Shown here piece by piece: positions 35,731 through 44,386 of a DNA stretch of 54,574 nucleotides. The translations under genes were made by a program, and so were the position numbers. Below the pieces are notes generated by a model. It did no database searches. It saw nothing but the letters and a program-made list of their open reading frames with translations, and was not told the origin of the DNA. Each line of letters opens with the position of its first letter. Within the stretch, counting starts at the first letter, position 1. Source of the stretch: Deltaproteobacteria bacterium. GTDB taxonomy: Bacteria; Myxococcota_A; UBA9160; SMWR01. Where the stretch lies: contig JAQBGU010000037.1 of assembly GCA_032128375.1 (NCBI GenBank), positions 1-54,574 of the forward strand, given 5' to 3'.

Positions 35731-38067
35731 CTAAAGTTCATCGCAAGCCGAAAACGCTTGGCGGCGTACCGTGCCTTCCAAGCAAGCGAGGCTGCCCGGC
35801 CCGGCGAGGCGGGTCTCGGCTGACTCGAAGTGCAGCACCAGGTCCTCGAAGCCGTCGCCGTTCCAGTCGGTTCGGTGATTTCTGCCCACGAGCTTCGGTG
35901 GTTCGTGCAGCGGCCTGGCTGTCCCGGTCTCCAGGCGCAGCGACAAGACCTCGATCTCGTCCAGGTCGAGATTCGCGGAACCGAGCAGCGTGACCTGTAT
36001 CCGTCGCAGCATTCCGGAGGGTCGCTGCCGGTTCCTGCCTTTCCGCGTTTCGCCGTGGATGTCGATGACGATGACGATGTCGCTTCGCATCGCTTCGGAG
36101 ACGTCGGTTGCACTCTCACAGCCCGGATCTTCGCCGAAGTCGACCAGGCGATCGCCATCGTTATCGATTCCGTCGTCGCAGGGCAGGCCGAGTTCGCGCT
36201 CGGAGTCGTCCATGGGCCCGTTGCAACCGAGATCGCCGGGTGCGTCGATCGTTCCGTCGCCATCGTTGTCGAGGCCGTCGTCGCAACCCGGCAACACGCT
36301 CGGGTCCAGCGAGATGGCCTCCAAGAATGAGACGATGTCGTCGATATCCTGGTCCGTCATCTCCACTGGAGACGGCAGCAGCTGTCCGGCGGGTGACGCT
36401 GCGAACTCATCGCTGGTATAGAAGGCCACCGCGTCCCGCAGTTCCGCGACCGAGTTGTCGTGGAAAAAGGGCGCTGTACGGGCGGCTCCGACCAGCGGGG
36501 GCGTTTCGAACTCGCGCGCGCCGTCGGCCTCTGCTGGAAGCGCCAGTGTCGGATCTCCCGAACCCCCGACACATCCATCGTCATCGTTTTGCGCAAGCTG
36601 CGACACGCCGGTGTTGAAGGTGAGATTGCCGGCACCCGTCCCGAGCGACCCGTCCGCCTTGGATCGCGTCGGCCCGCCGTGACACCGGAAACAATGCCCC
36701 TTTCCGAGGGTTCCACCGACGAGCAGACGGCCGCGATCGATCGACTCCTTGTTTCCCCCCTGCTCGACCGCGAAGTCCATCATGCGATTCTGGCTGAGGT
36801 TGCCGTCGGCGGGGAACTCGATGTCGTCCATGAACGCCTGCAAGGCCTGTAGCTCGAAGTCGCTGGGAATTCGGAAGTCCGGCGGGCCGTCCACGGGGTC
36901 GGAGTTGCGAGCCAGCGTCTTCGGGAGGTGTTGCTCCACAGCGCCCCGACTGAAGGCGCGGAGATCCGTCACGTTCCCACTCAGTCCATACGGTGCGGTC
37001 CGCCGGATATTCAGCAGATGCGGAGCGCTCCTGAACACGGGCGCCGTCGAGAAGCCGTCGATGTTCTCCAGAAACAGGCCGCGCTCGTCTCCGCCGCGCA
37101 TCAGACACGCATTTTCGAGCCCGCTGAGCGCGGGGTCGAATTCGGCAGCGAATAACACCTCGTGCGGTGAAGCGGCGAAGCGATCCGCAATGCCCGCCGG
37201 CGTGAGCCCGAAGCCGTCAGCGTCGATGTGACAGGTGACGCAGGTGCGTCCGTTGCCGTTGAACAGCTCGTGCCGGAACAGGTTTGCACCCTGTCGCTCG
37301 ATGGACAGCTCGGTGAGGACCGCCGTCTCGTCGAAGCGATTGACGGGCGACGGCGGGGCCAGTTCGAAATCGGCGTTGTTGGGTCCGAGAGAGAAACAGC
37401 CGAATTGGTCCGTGGTACCCGCGTTTTGAAACCGACTCAGGCTGACCGGTAACAAGCCCGCTACCGCAAGCGCAGGCGCTGGTGACCCGTTGGTATGGCC
37501 ACAAGCGTCCGGCTGTTCCGGTCCATGGTAGTTTCCGTAGGAGAGGCAGACATGGGTCGGCGTCGCTCTTTGGTTAGCGGGATTGTTGCGGAAACAGACC
37601 ATCCCATCGACCGATTGGAGGTCCGGCGGCATCAGGTAATCGGCGCCCAGACCGGTCTGGTCTTCGAAGGCGATCGTCGCGAGCAGGATCGATCGGTTCG
37701 CGCCGCCGTAGCGCGGGATCTGCGGCGGATCGGCGGGAAACCCGAAGATGCCGGTGGGCAGTCCGGTCGCGTCGTGGAAAGTGAGCAACATGCGAGGCTC
37801 GGGGAAATCGGGGTCGGTTTTCTGAGGGCCCCACCTGGCGCCGCGAATGCGGCGCACGCGCAGCTCAATGAACTGGACGCGCGAGTCGCCGTTTCCCCCA
37901 GCGAACACCTCATCGATCCGAACCAGCTGCCTGCTGGAACGCGCCTCTGCTGGGCCAGCCAGTGCGAAAAAGGCCAGCAAGGCGAATACCAGAAAAGCGA
38001 ATACCCGAAAAGCGAATAGGAGGCGGGACACTCCTCGTCGCGGCCGTCGCGCCGGCAGACGTGACAT
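35731..38067 (-). CDS. Secreted multidomain diheme cytochrome c peroxidase-like (bCcP/MauG superfamily) protein with Asp-rich Ca-binding repeats
   Basis: GNGRTCVTCH, CFRCH, PHLLNI..TAPYG, FETPPL..AARTAPFFHD; CDDGLDNDGDG and CDDGIDNDGD repeats; lamin-tail-like N-terminal IDEVF..QFIEL; signal peptide ending AEA. Confidence 0.8.
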   Translation of the reverse strand: MSRLPARRPRRGVSRLLFAFRVFAFLVFALLAFFALAGPAEARSSRQLVRIDEVFAGGNGDSRVQFIELRVRRIRGARWGPQKTDPDFPEPRMLLTFHDATGLPTGIFGFPADPPQIPRYGGANRSILLATIAFEDQTGLGADYLMPPDLQSVDGMVCFRNNPANQRATPTHVCLSYGNYHGPEQPDACGHTNGSPAPALAVAGLLPVSLSRFQNAGTTDQFGCFSLGPNNADFELAPPSPVNRFDETAVLTELSIERQGANLFRHELFNGNGRTCVTCHIDADGFGLTPAGIADRFAASPHEVLFAAEFDPALSGLENACLMRGGDERGLFLENIDGFSTAPVFRSAPHLLNIRRTAPYGLSGNVTDLRAFSRGAVEQHLPKTLARNSDPVDGPPDFRIPSDFELQALQAFMDDIEFPADGNLSQNRMMDFAVEQGGNKESIDRGRLLVGGTLGKGHCFRCHGGPTRSKADGSLGTGAGNLTFNTGVSQLAQNDDDGCVGGSGDPTLALPAEADGAREFETPPLVGAARTAPFFHDNSVAELRDAVAFYTSDEFAASPAGQLLPSPVEMTDQDIDDIVSFLEAISLDPSVLPGCDDGLDNDGDGTIDAPGDLGCNGPMDDSERELGLPCDDGIDNDGDRLVDFGEDPGCESATDVSEAMRSDIVIVIDIHGETRKGRNRQRPSGMLRRIQVTLLGSANLDLDEIEVLSLRLETGTARPLHEPPKLVGRNHRTDWNGDGFEDLVLHFESAETRLAGPGSLACLEGTVRRQAFSACDEL

Positions 38068-38323
38068 CGCTACATCGCTCCAGCTAGAAACCGCACCCAC
38101 CAACACCAGCACATGGCTTCATCCTACAACGAGGCGCCGCTGCTGAAGACCCCGGGGCAACTCAGCAGCGCCAGAGCTCAATGGGACGCCGGTCGGGAGC
38201 CCTGAGAGCCTGTTGGCGTCCAAAAAAAGGAACTTCGACTCGCCGTCTGGCAACAAGCGAACGCGAAATAATATGGTACGTTCCGAGCCGCCACCTGGGA
38301 AGGGCAGATGCGATGGAGTTCGC

Positions 38324-39631
38324 ATGTTCAGGGCGTTTTCCGGGTTCAAGCCCCTTCGCGGTGCGCTGCCGATAGGTTCCCGCACCGCCCGCGCGGCCGT
38401 CTTGTTGGCTAGCGTCCTGGCCAGCGTCCTGGTCAGCGTTGGCAGTGTCGCGCGGGCTGAAGTCAGCTTCGATTGGGCGACCGTGGGTTACCCGAACAAC
38501 GCGCCGGACACCGAAGTCATGGCCTGCTGTGATGACGCGATCGGTACGACTGGCTTCGGGGCTGTCCCCTACGTGTACGAATTGGCCACGAAAGAGGTCA
38601 CGAACGCCCAGTACGCGGAGTTCTTGAATGCGGTCGACCCGACCGGGGCGAACCTGCTGGGACTCTACCCCTCCGAAATGGCATTCGAGCCGTGGGCTGG
38701 TATCGACCGCGTCCCGACAAACCCGGTCGGTTCGAAATTTGTGACAGACCCGATCGCTGCCAGCTGGCCGGCGATTCCGGTGACGTTCTGGGGAGCGGTG
38801 CGCTTTGCGAACTGGATGCACAACGGCCAAGGCAGCGGCGATGTGCAAGACGGGGCCTACACACTGACAGGCGGGGGAGGTTTTCCGGGCAATGCGAATA
38901 CGGTCGTGCGCAACACGGGTGCCCGATTCTTCGTGCCGAGCGAGAACGAGTGGTACAAGGCGGCCTACTACGATGGGTCCACCGACACCTGGCGCGACTA
39001 CCCAGAGGACTCCGACACCGTGACGGCTTGTGGGCTGCCGTCTGCGATTCCGGGGACGGCCAACTGTGATTTCTCGGTCGACGGACCGAGCGATGTGGGC
39101 TCCTACAGCGGCGAGCCGGGTCTGTACGGGATCTTCGACATGGGCGGCAATGCGCTCGAGTGGAGCGAGACGATCGCCACGATCGGAGAACGTGAGGCCC
39201 GCGGCGGATCCTGGTCCAAGGGAGTCGACTTCAACGCATCTAGCTTTACCTACGACGGCCTGCACACGACAGCACAGGAGCCGAGTCTCGGATTTCGGTT
39301 GGGGCGCCAGCTGTGTCCGGATTCGGACGGCGACACTATTGGGGATTGCTTGGACAACTGCATCGACAAGTTCAACCCGGCACAGGACGACACGGATGGT
39401 GACTTTTGCGGGAACGTCTGCGACCTGAGCTACGACGGCGACGGCATTGTCGGTTTCCCCGACTTCGGCGCACTCACTTCGGCATTCGGCACGTTCGACC
39501 TGGACAAGGACCACACTGAACCGGTAACGGGCCCCGTCGGCTTCCCCGATTTCGGTGCATTTTCGGGCCGCTTCGGTCAGACGGCGGGACCCTCTGGTAC
39601 CACGCCCGGCACGGCGGAGTGCCCGAAGTAG
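38324..39631 (+). CDS. Secreted FGE-sulfatase (SUMF1-fold) domain protein with TSP3-like and dockerin/EF-hand-like tail
   Basis: EVTNAQYAEFLN, PSENEWYKAAY, GIFDMGGNALEW, RGGSW, GFRL; DSDGD..DNC..NPAQDDTDGD..GNVCD and two VGFPDFGA motifs; GGAG RBS. Confidence 0.87.
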   Translation: MFRAFSGFKPLRGALPIGSRTARAAVLLASVLASVLVSVGSVARAEVSFDWATVGYPNNAPDTEVMACCDDAIGTTGFGAVPYVYELATKEVTNAQYAEFLNAVDPTGANLLGLYPSEMAFEPWAGIDRVPTNPVGSKFVTDPIAASWPAIPVTFWGAVRFANWMHNGQGSGDVQDGAYTLTGGGGFPGNANTVVRNTGARFFVPSENEWYKAAYYDGSTDTWRDYPEDSDTVTACGLPSAIPGTANCDFSVDGPSDVGSYSGEPGLYGIFDMGGNALEWSETIATIGEREARGGSWSKGVDFNASSFTYDGLHTTAQEPSLGFRLGRQLCPDSDGDTIGDCLDNCIDKFNPAQDDTDGDFCGNVCDLSYDGDGIVGFPDFGALTSAFGTFDLDKDHTEPVTGPVGFPDFGAFSGRFGQTAGPSGTTPGTAECPK

Positions 39632-39633
39632 GG

Positions 39634-39676
39634 CAATCCACTTCAATTCACCTCAATTCACCTCAACTTACTTCAA
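39634..39676. repeat. 10-bp degenerate tandem repeat CAATTCACCT, about 4 copies
   Basis: Directly after the stop codon. Confidence 0.8.
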
Positions 39677-39786
39677 ATTCCCAGTCGATTAGCACGACCG
39701 GGTGCGAGCCGTCTGCTGCTGTATTCGATCGCGGGAATCACCGTGGCATGTCCGGTCTTGCTATCCCCGTTGCGAAGCCGAGCCCG

Positions 39787-40380
39787 TCAGACTTCCGCGC
39801 TGTAGGGCGGTGCCGGGTCGTACTCGATTCCGTGTTGCACCGCTCGAGCGATCTTCGGAGAGTAGAGCTGACCGACCAACCACAGAGCCATGTCGATGCC
39901 AGCGGAGACTCCGGCGGAAGTCACGAGGTTGCCGTCTCGCACGTAGCGCACGTGCTTCAGGACCTCGGCGTCGCCGCGCGCACGTAGGGTTTCGATGAAC
40001 GCGTGGTGTGTGGTGATCCGCTTGCCCCGCGCGATACCGGCTTCGTGGAGCAGCAGCGATCCGGTGCATACGCTCGTTACCCATTCGCAGCCATCGGCAA
40101 CCTTGCGCAGCCAAGCGATCAGTTCCGGGTTGTCGACTTCACGCCGCGTTCCCTGGCCCCCGGGTACGAGCAGGATTTCGAGGTCGGGGGCGTTTGCAAA
40201 CGAGTGATCGGGCACGACACGCAGTCCCTTTGCGCAGCGGACGGTGTCGCCACTTTGGGAGATCGTCACGACGCGAAGCTCCGCGTCGACCTCACGCGTG
40301 GAGGCGAAGACCTCCCACGGGCCCGCGAAGTCGAGTTCTTCCACGTCGTCGAACAAGAGTATTCCGATGGTGCGGCTCAT
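39787..40380 (-). CDS. DJ-1/PfpI family protein (isonitrile hydratase-like)
   Basis: ELDFAGPWEVF, LVPGG, SVCTG, TSAGVSAGID, IEYDPAPP; ATGA coupling. Confidence 0.92.
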   Translation of the reverse strand: MSRTIGILLFDDVEELDFAGPWEVFASTREVDAELRVVTISQSGDTVRCAKGLRVVPDHSFANAPDLEILLVPGGQGTRREVDNPELIAWLRKVADGCEWVTSVCTGSLLLHEAGIARGKRITTHHAFIETLRARGDAEVLKHVRYVRDGNLVTSAGVSAGIDMALWLVGQLYSPKIARAVQHGIEYDPAPPYSAEV

Positions 40381-41054
40381 CTCGCGTCTCCGTTTTTGGC
40401 GTACCCTCGTTGATAGTCTCGGACGTAGCTCGGGACGGCAATGCCGGGCGCGAGACGCGGGTCGTCGACAGGTGCCTCGAATCGGGTCTGTGTCGGAATC
40501 ACGCCAGCCCAGCAAGCGATCTCATAGTCCGCCTCGTCATCGACCGGGGGACCGCTGCGAACCTTGGCCGAACCCTCGTCGATCGAAAGTGCCAGAACGA
40601 GCGTGCGCTTCGCCTCCGTTGCATTTGGGGCTCGCACGTCATCCCAGCGGCCAGGCACCATGTGTTCGATGATGGCGCGTAATCCGGCGAGCCACTCCTT
40701 GTGGTCGGTCACTTCGCGCATCGCTCCGTACAGGACGACCGATCGGTAGTTCATCGAGTGGTGGAACGCCGATCGGGCCAGCACCAGTCCATCGATGTGA
40801 GTCACCGAGAGGCACGCAGGTTCACCGTTACACAGCGCGCGCAATGCCCTGTTGGCGGCGGCACCGTGGACGTACAGCGTCGAGCCTATTCTGGCGTACG
40901 CGGTCGGTATGACGTGCGGGGAATCATTTTCGACGAACGCGAGTTGGCAGATCAGGCCCTCATCGAGAATCGTCTGAATGTCGTCGACCTGGTAGCTGCC
41001 GCGATCTTTGCCCCGCTTGAGTGTGGTTCGGGGGGTGGGTTCGAGTTGTGACAT
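40377..41054 (-). CDS. Pyridoxamine 5'-phosphate oxidase-like flavin-binding protein
   Basis: LYVHG, DGLVLARSAFHHSMNYRSVV, SAKVRSGPP, WAGVIP. Confidence 0.92.
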   Translation of the reverse strand: MSQLEPTPRTTLKRGKDRGSYQVDDIQTILDEGLICQLAFVENDSPHVIPTAYARIGSTLYVHGAAANRALRALCNGEPACLSVTHIDGLVLARSAFHHSMNYRSVVLYGAMREVTDHKEWLAGLRAIIEHMVPGRWDDVRAPNATEAKRTLVLALSIDEGSAKVRSGPPVDDEADYEIACWAGVIPTQTRFEAPVDDPRLAPGIAVPSYVRDYQRGYAKNGDAR

Positions 41055-41065
41055 GATTTGGCTCC

Positions 41066-41098
41066 GTATGGGCTGTGTAGGGGCTGTGTATGGGCTGC
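41066..41098. repeat. 11-bp tandem repeat GTA(T/G)GGGCTGT x3
   Basis: Directly visible in the divergent intergenic region. Confidence 0.85.
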
Positions 41099-41167
41099 GA
41101 GTTGTCTTTGAATTGGCTTGCGTTTCTCGAACTGTCAGCTGTGATCGGGATTGTGATCAAGACGATG

Positions 41168-41203
41168 TTTGTTACAGTACAAAAGTATGGCTGTATTAGT
41201 ACA
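41168..41203. promoter_or_regulatory. Candidate MocR operator: two TGT-N6-ACA boxes 22 bp apart
   Basis: TGTTACAGTACA (41170-41181) and TGTATTAGTACA (41192-41203). Confidence 0.55.
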
Positions 41204-42527
41204 TAGTGAGAATCGGAAGTATATCCAGGGATCGAGCGCTGTCGAGATCTGTTCCAGCGTCGAGCGTGCCATCCATCACGAGCGCCTTGCGCCCGGCGAC
41301 GCGCTTCCCACGGTGCGCGTGCTGGCTGGGGCGTTGAGCGTGAGTCCGGCCACGGTGTCTTCGGCCTACCGAACCCTGCGCGAGCGCGGTTTGATCGTGA
41401 CCCGTGGCCGCCGCGGCACGCAGGTGGCAGGGCGCCCACCGCTCGCAGCCCGAGCTCCGGCCGCGTTGCCCAGCGGTGTGCTCGACCTGGCCGATGGCAA
41501 TCCGGACCCGCAATTGCTTCCAGGCCTCGCCGGCGCGCTAACGCAGGCCGATCCGGGCAAGCGATTGTACGGAGAGCCGGTCAGTTACGGACCGCTGAAG
41601 CAGGCTTTCGTGCGGGCCTTCGAAGCAGACGGCATTCCCGCCGAGCATCTGATCGTCGTCAGCGGTGCGCTCGACGGCCTCGAGCGCGCGCTGAAGGTGC
41701 ACCTGCGTCCGGGCGCCAAAGTGGCCGTCGAGGATCCGGCATTCATCGGTGTTCTCGACTTGCTGCAGGCGATGGGGATGACTCCGGTACCGATCGCAAT
41801 CGACGACTCGGGGCCGGAACCCGACGCGATGCGGACCGCATTGGAGCGCGGTGCTGCCGCTGTCATCGTGACCCCGCGCGCCCAGAATCCCACCGGGGCT
41901 GCGCTCGATGCACCGCGGGTCCGAGCACTTCGGAAAGTGTTGCGCGACTACCCCGACGTATTGATTCTCGAAGACGACCATGCCGGTCCGGTCGCCGGTG
42001 TCGATGTGCACACGCTGTGTGATGCGAAGCGTTCCGCGTGGGCTGTGGTGCGATCCGTCTCCAAATCGCTGGGGCCGGACCTGCGGGTCGCCGTACTGAC
42101 CGGCGATGCTACGACGGTCGCGCGCGTCGAAGGCGGAACGATCATCGGGATGCGCTGGGTGTCGCACGTACTGCAGCGCCTGGTGGTCGCGCTGCTGTCG
42201 GAAACCGGCATGAACGCAATGCTGCGAAATGCGTCGCGCACCTACTCGAGCCGGCGTAAGGCGCTGCTGGACGCACTGGCGTCGTTCGGGATCGCCGCAC
42301 ACGGCCGTTCGGGGCTGAACGTCTGGGTGCCAGTTCCCGATGAAGCAGAGACAGTGAGTCTGCTGCTCGATCGCGGCTGGGCGGTTACGGCCGGGCAGCG
42401 GTTCCGTATCGACAGTCAGCCGGCGATTCGGGTCTGCGTCGCATCGCTTCGACCACAGGATGCCCGGAAGCTGGCTGTGGAAATCGCGAGCATCGTTCGG
42501 CCACGCTCGGCGAGCTCTCAGGTTTGA
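41187..42527 (+). CDS. MocR/GabR family (GntR wHTH + PLP aminotransferase-like) regulator, PtsJ-like
   Basis: LPTVRVLA..VSPATV..AY, DLADGNPDP, TPRAQNPTG, EDDH, RSVSKSLGPDLR. Confidence 0.92.
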   Translation: MAVLVHSENRKYIQGSSAVEICSSVERAIHHERLAPGDALPTVRVLAGALSVSPATVSSAYRTLRERGLIVTRGRRGTQVAGRPPLAARAPAALPSGVLDLADGNPDPQLLPGLAGALTQADPGKRLYGEPVSYGPLKQAFVRAFEADGIPAEHLIVVSGALDGLERALKVHLRPGAKVAVEDPAFIGVLDLLQAMGMTPVPIAIDDSGPEPDAMRTALERGAAAVIVTPRAQNPTGAALDAPRVRALRKVLRDYPDVLILEDDHAGPVAGVDVHTLCDAKRSAWAVVRSVSKSLGPDLRVAVLTGDATTVARVEGGTIIGMRWVSHVLQRLVVALLSETGMNAMLRNASRTYSSRRKALLDALASFGIAAHGRSGLNVWVPVPDEAETVSLLLDRGWAVTAGQRFRIDSQPAIRVCVASLRPQDARKLAVEIASIVRPRSASSQV

Positions 42528-42599
42528 TGGGTCGGATCGAGAACTCAGACACAGTCCAGTCAGCTCAGGCAACCCAGATGGCTACGACGCGCGCGATCC

Positions 42600-43301
42600 C
42601 TACGCGGATTTACGGTACTGATCGCGCTGCGCGGAATCGCGCAGGAACTCGGCCAGGTTGATATCGCCGTCGACATCGAACTTGTGATCGAGGAGCCGAA
42701 CGTTCGACATTCGATCGGGCCGGAAACTGCGGTAGTCGCGGCGCATCTCGCACCAGGTGGCCAACGTCCACTTGTCGCCCCAGAAGAACAACCCGAGCGC
42801 GCGTACGCGGCGTTCGGTCGCTTCCCCATCTGCACGCGTATAGGCAAATTGCAACAGCCTGTGCCCGCTGATTGCCCGTCGAATCACCGCGACCTCGCGT
42901 GCCATGACGGCCTGGCGCGGAAAGTCGGGAGCGAATAGCGGTGTGTCGAGCAAGATTTTTCGCAGGGGTAGCGGCAGCACGGCTTCGATTCGGTTCATCG
43001 CACTACTCACAGCCGAAGCCAATTCCGGGTCACCCCAGGCCGCGACGATACGCGCGCCGAGCGCGAGTCCCTCCAGCTCGACGCTGCTGAATGTCATCGG
43101 GGGCAGGTCGAAGCGTTTATCGAGTGCATAGCCAACACCGGCCTCGCCGCGAATCGGCACGCCTGAATGCTGCAGATCCTGGACGTCGCGGTAGATGGTC
43201 CGTTTCGAAACACCCAGATCTTTCGCCAGGTGACCACCGGTGGTGACCGGTCGAGAGCGAAGCATTCGAACGATTTGGAATAGTCGGTCGGCTCGGCGCA
43301 T
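42600..43301 (-). CDS. YafY-family HTH-WYL transcriptional regulator
   Basis: MRRADRLFQIV, VSKRTIYRD, GEAGVGY, WTLATWCE.R.DYRSFRPDR. Confidence 0.94.
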   Translation of the reverse strand: MRRADRLFQIVRMLRSRPVTTGGHLAKDLGVSKRTIYRDVQDLQHSGVPIRGEAGVGYALDKRFDLPPMTFSSVELEGLALGARIVAAWGDPELASAVSSAMNRIEAVLPLPLRKILLDTPLFAPDFPRQAVMAREVAVIRRAISGHRLLQFAYTRADGEATERRVRALGLFFWGDKWTLATWCEMRRDYRSFRPDRMSNVRLLDHKFDVDGDINLAEFLRDSAQRDQYRKSA

Positions 43302-43315
43302 TGGGGGACCTCTGA

Positions 43316-43368
43316 GGTTGAGGGGTTGAGAGGGTTGAGGGGTTGAGAGGGTTGAGAGGGTTGAGAGG
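43316..43368. repeat. G-rich tandem repeat GGTTGA(GA)G, 6 copies of 8-9 bp
   Basis: GGTTGA starts at 43316, 43324, 43333, 43341, 43350 and 43359, immediately upstream of the WYL start. Confidence 0.9.
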
Positions 43369-43558
43369 AGTTGGCAACTCTCGAGATGTCAGCAGCTTGG
43401 CGTCAGTTCAACCAGCAATCAGCTGGCTCGAAGCCTCCGATCGGCAAGAAATCATAACCGTTTCAGTGCTTTGATCCGAATTTGGCGAGACGCGGGGGAA
43501 CCGGTTCGAAAACGAGTTTGGCAGGTTCTCGTCATCAGCACGTCCGCAGCCGCGATGC

Positions 43559-43583
43559 GCTGTTGACATTTCGTGTCAGCAGC
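43559..43583. promoter_or_regulatory. Candidate WYL-regulator operator GCTGTTGACA-N5-TGTCAGCAGC
   Basis: 9/10 inverted repeat; identical half-site TGTCAGCAGC also at 43387-43396. Confidence 0.45.
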
Positions 43584-43702
43584 GAAAAGCCCGGATCGGG
43601 CCAGAGGTGCCTGGGTTCCGGATGCGAACGCGATTCAACCGGCACGGCTGGCTGGCTGGGGCGTTTCGACGCGGTTTCTCAACAGGCTGCTAGAGTCGAG
43701 CG

Positions 43703-44293
43703 GTGTCCGGGTATCTCGAGCGACCTCCTGCCGATCACACCCTGGTCGGCCGCATGATTCGGGCGGCTCGGCTGGAAACGGACTTGTATGCCGAGGTCGA
43801 GGCGGATACGACTGCCACCCAGCAAGCGGCTGCGGTGGTATTTCTGGCGTCGCTCGCGGGGGGAATCAGCAGCGGTGCGCAGCCGCTCGAGGTCATTCTC
43901 GGTGCGCTGCTGGGGCTCGGCGGCTGGTACCTGTTTTCCTATGTGGTTTTTTGGGTCGGCGCCCGGTTGCTTCCCGAACCCAGCACCAACACGAATTTTA
44001 TGGCGATCTTGCGCGCGGTGGGCTTCGCGAATGCGCCGGGCATCCTGCGACTATTCGGCGTTCTCACGCCGATTCGCGAGGTGGTGCTCATCGTCGCTTG
44101 GATCTGGAGCCTGGTGGCGATGATCACCGCGGTGCGCCACGCGCTGTCGTATTCCAGTCCGTGGCGGGCCCTCGGCGTCTGCACCATTCCGCTTCTCGGC
44201 AGCCTGCTGTTGCAGGTGATCGCCATCGCGATGTACGGCCAGAGTGAAGTGGTCCCCGGCATGGAAGAGCCGCCGGTCAAGACGCCCTGGTAG
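43703..44293 (+). CDS. YIP1 family membrane protein
   Basis: RMIRAARL...LY.EVEAD..AT.QA, LRAVGFANAPG, AVRHAL; several TM segments. Confidence 0.82.
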   Translation: MSGYLERPPADHTLVGRMIRAARLETDLYAEVEADTTATQQAAAVVFLASLAGGISSGAQPLEVILGALLGLGGWYLFSYVVFWVGARLLPEPSTNTNFMAILRAVGFANAPGILRLFGVLTPIREVVLIVAWIWSLVAMITAVRHALSYSSPWRALGVCTIPLLGSLLLQVIAIAMYGQSEVVPGMEEPPVKTPW

Positions 44294-44386
44294 CTCATTC
44301 AAGGTTCCGCCGGCACGGTTATTCCCACACGGTTAGTCCCGCATAGTCATGTGACCCGGTTTTGATTGCACTCCAAGGAGAATCTC

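Noticed and set aside
39200..39305. FGE/C-type-lectin fold as a diversity-generating retroelement target
   Set aside because: No reverse transcriptase and no second near-identical copy (template repeat) of the RGGSW-GFRL segment seen in the window.
42600..43301. WYL protein as a marker of an anti-phage defence island
   Set aside because: Short YafY type with housekeeping neighbours; no defence or mobile genes nearby.
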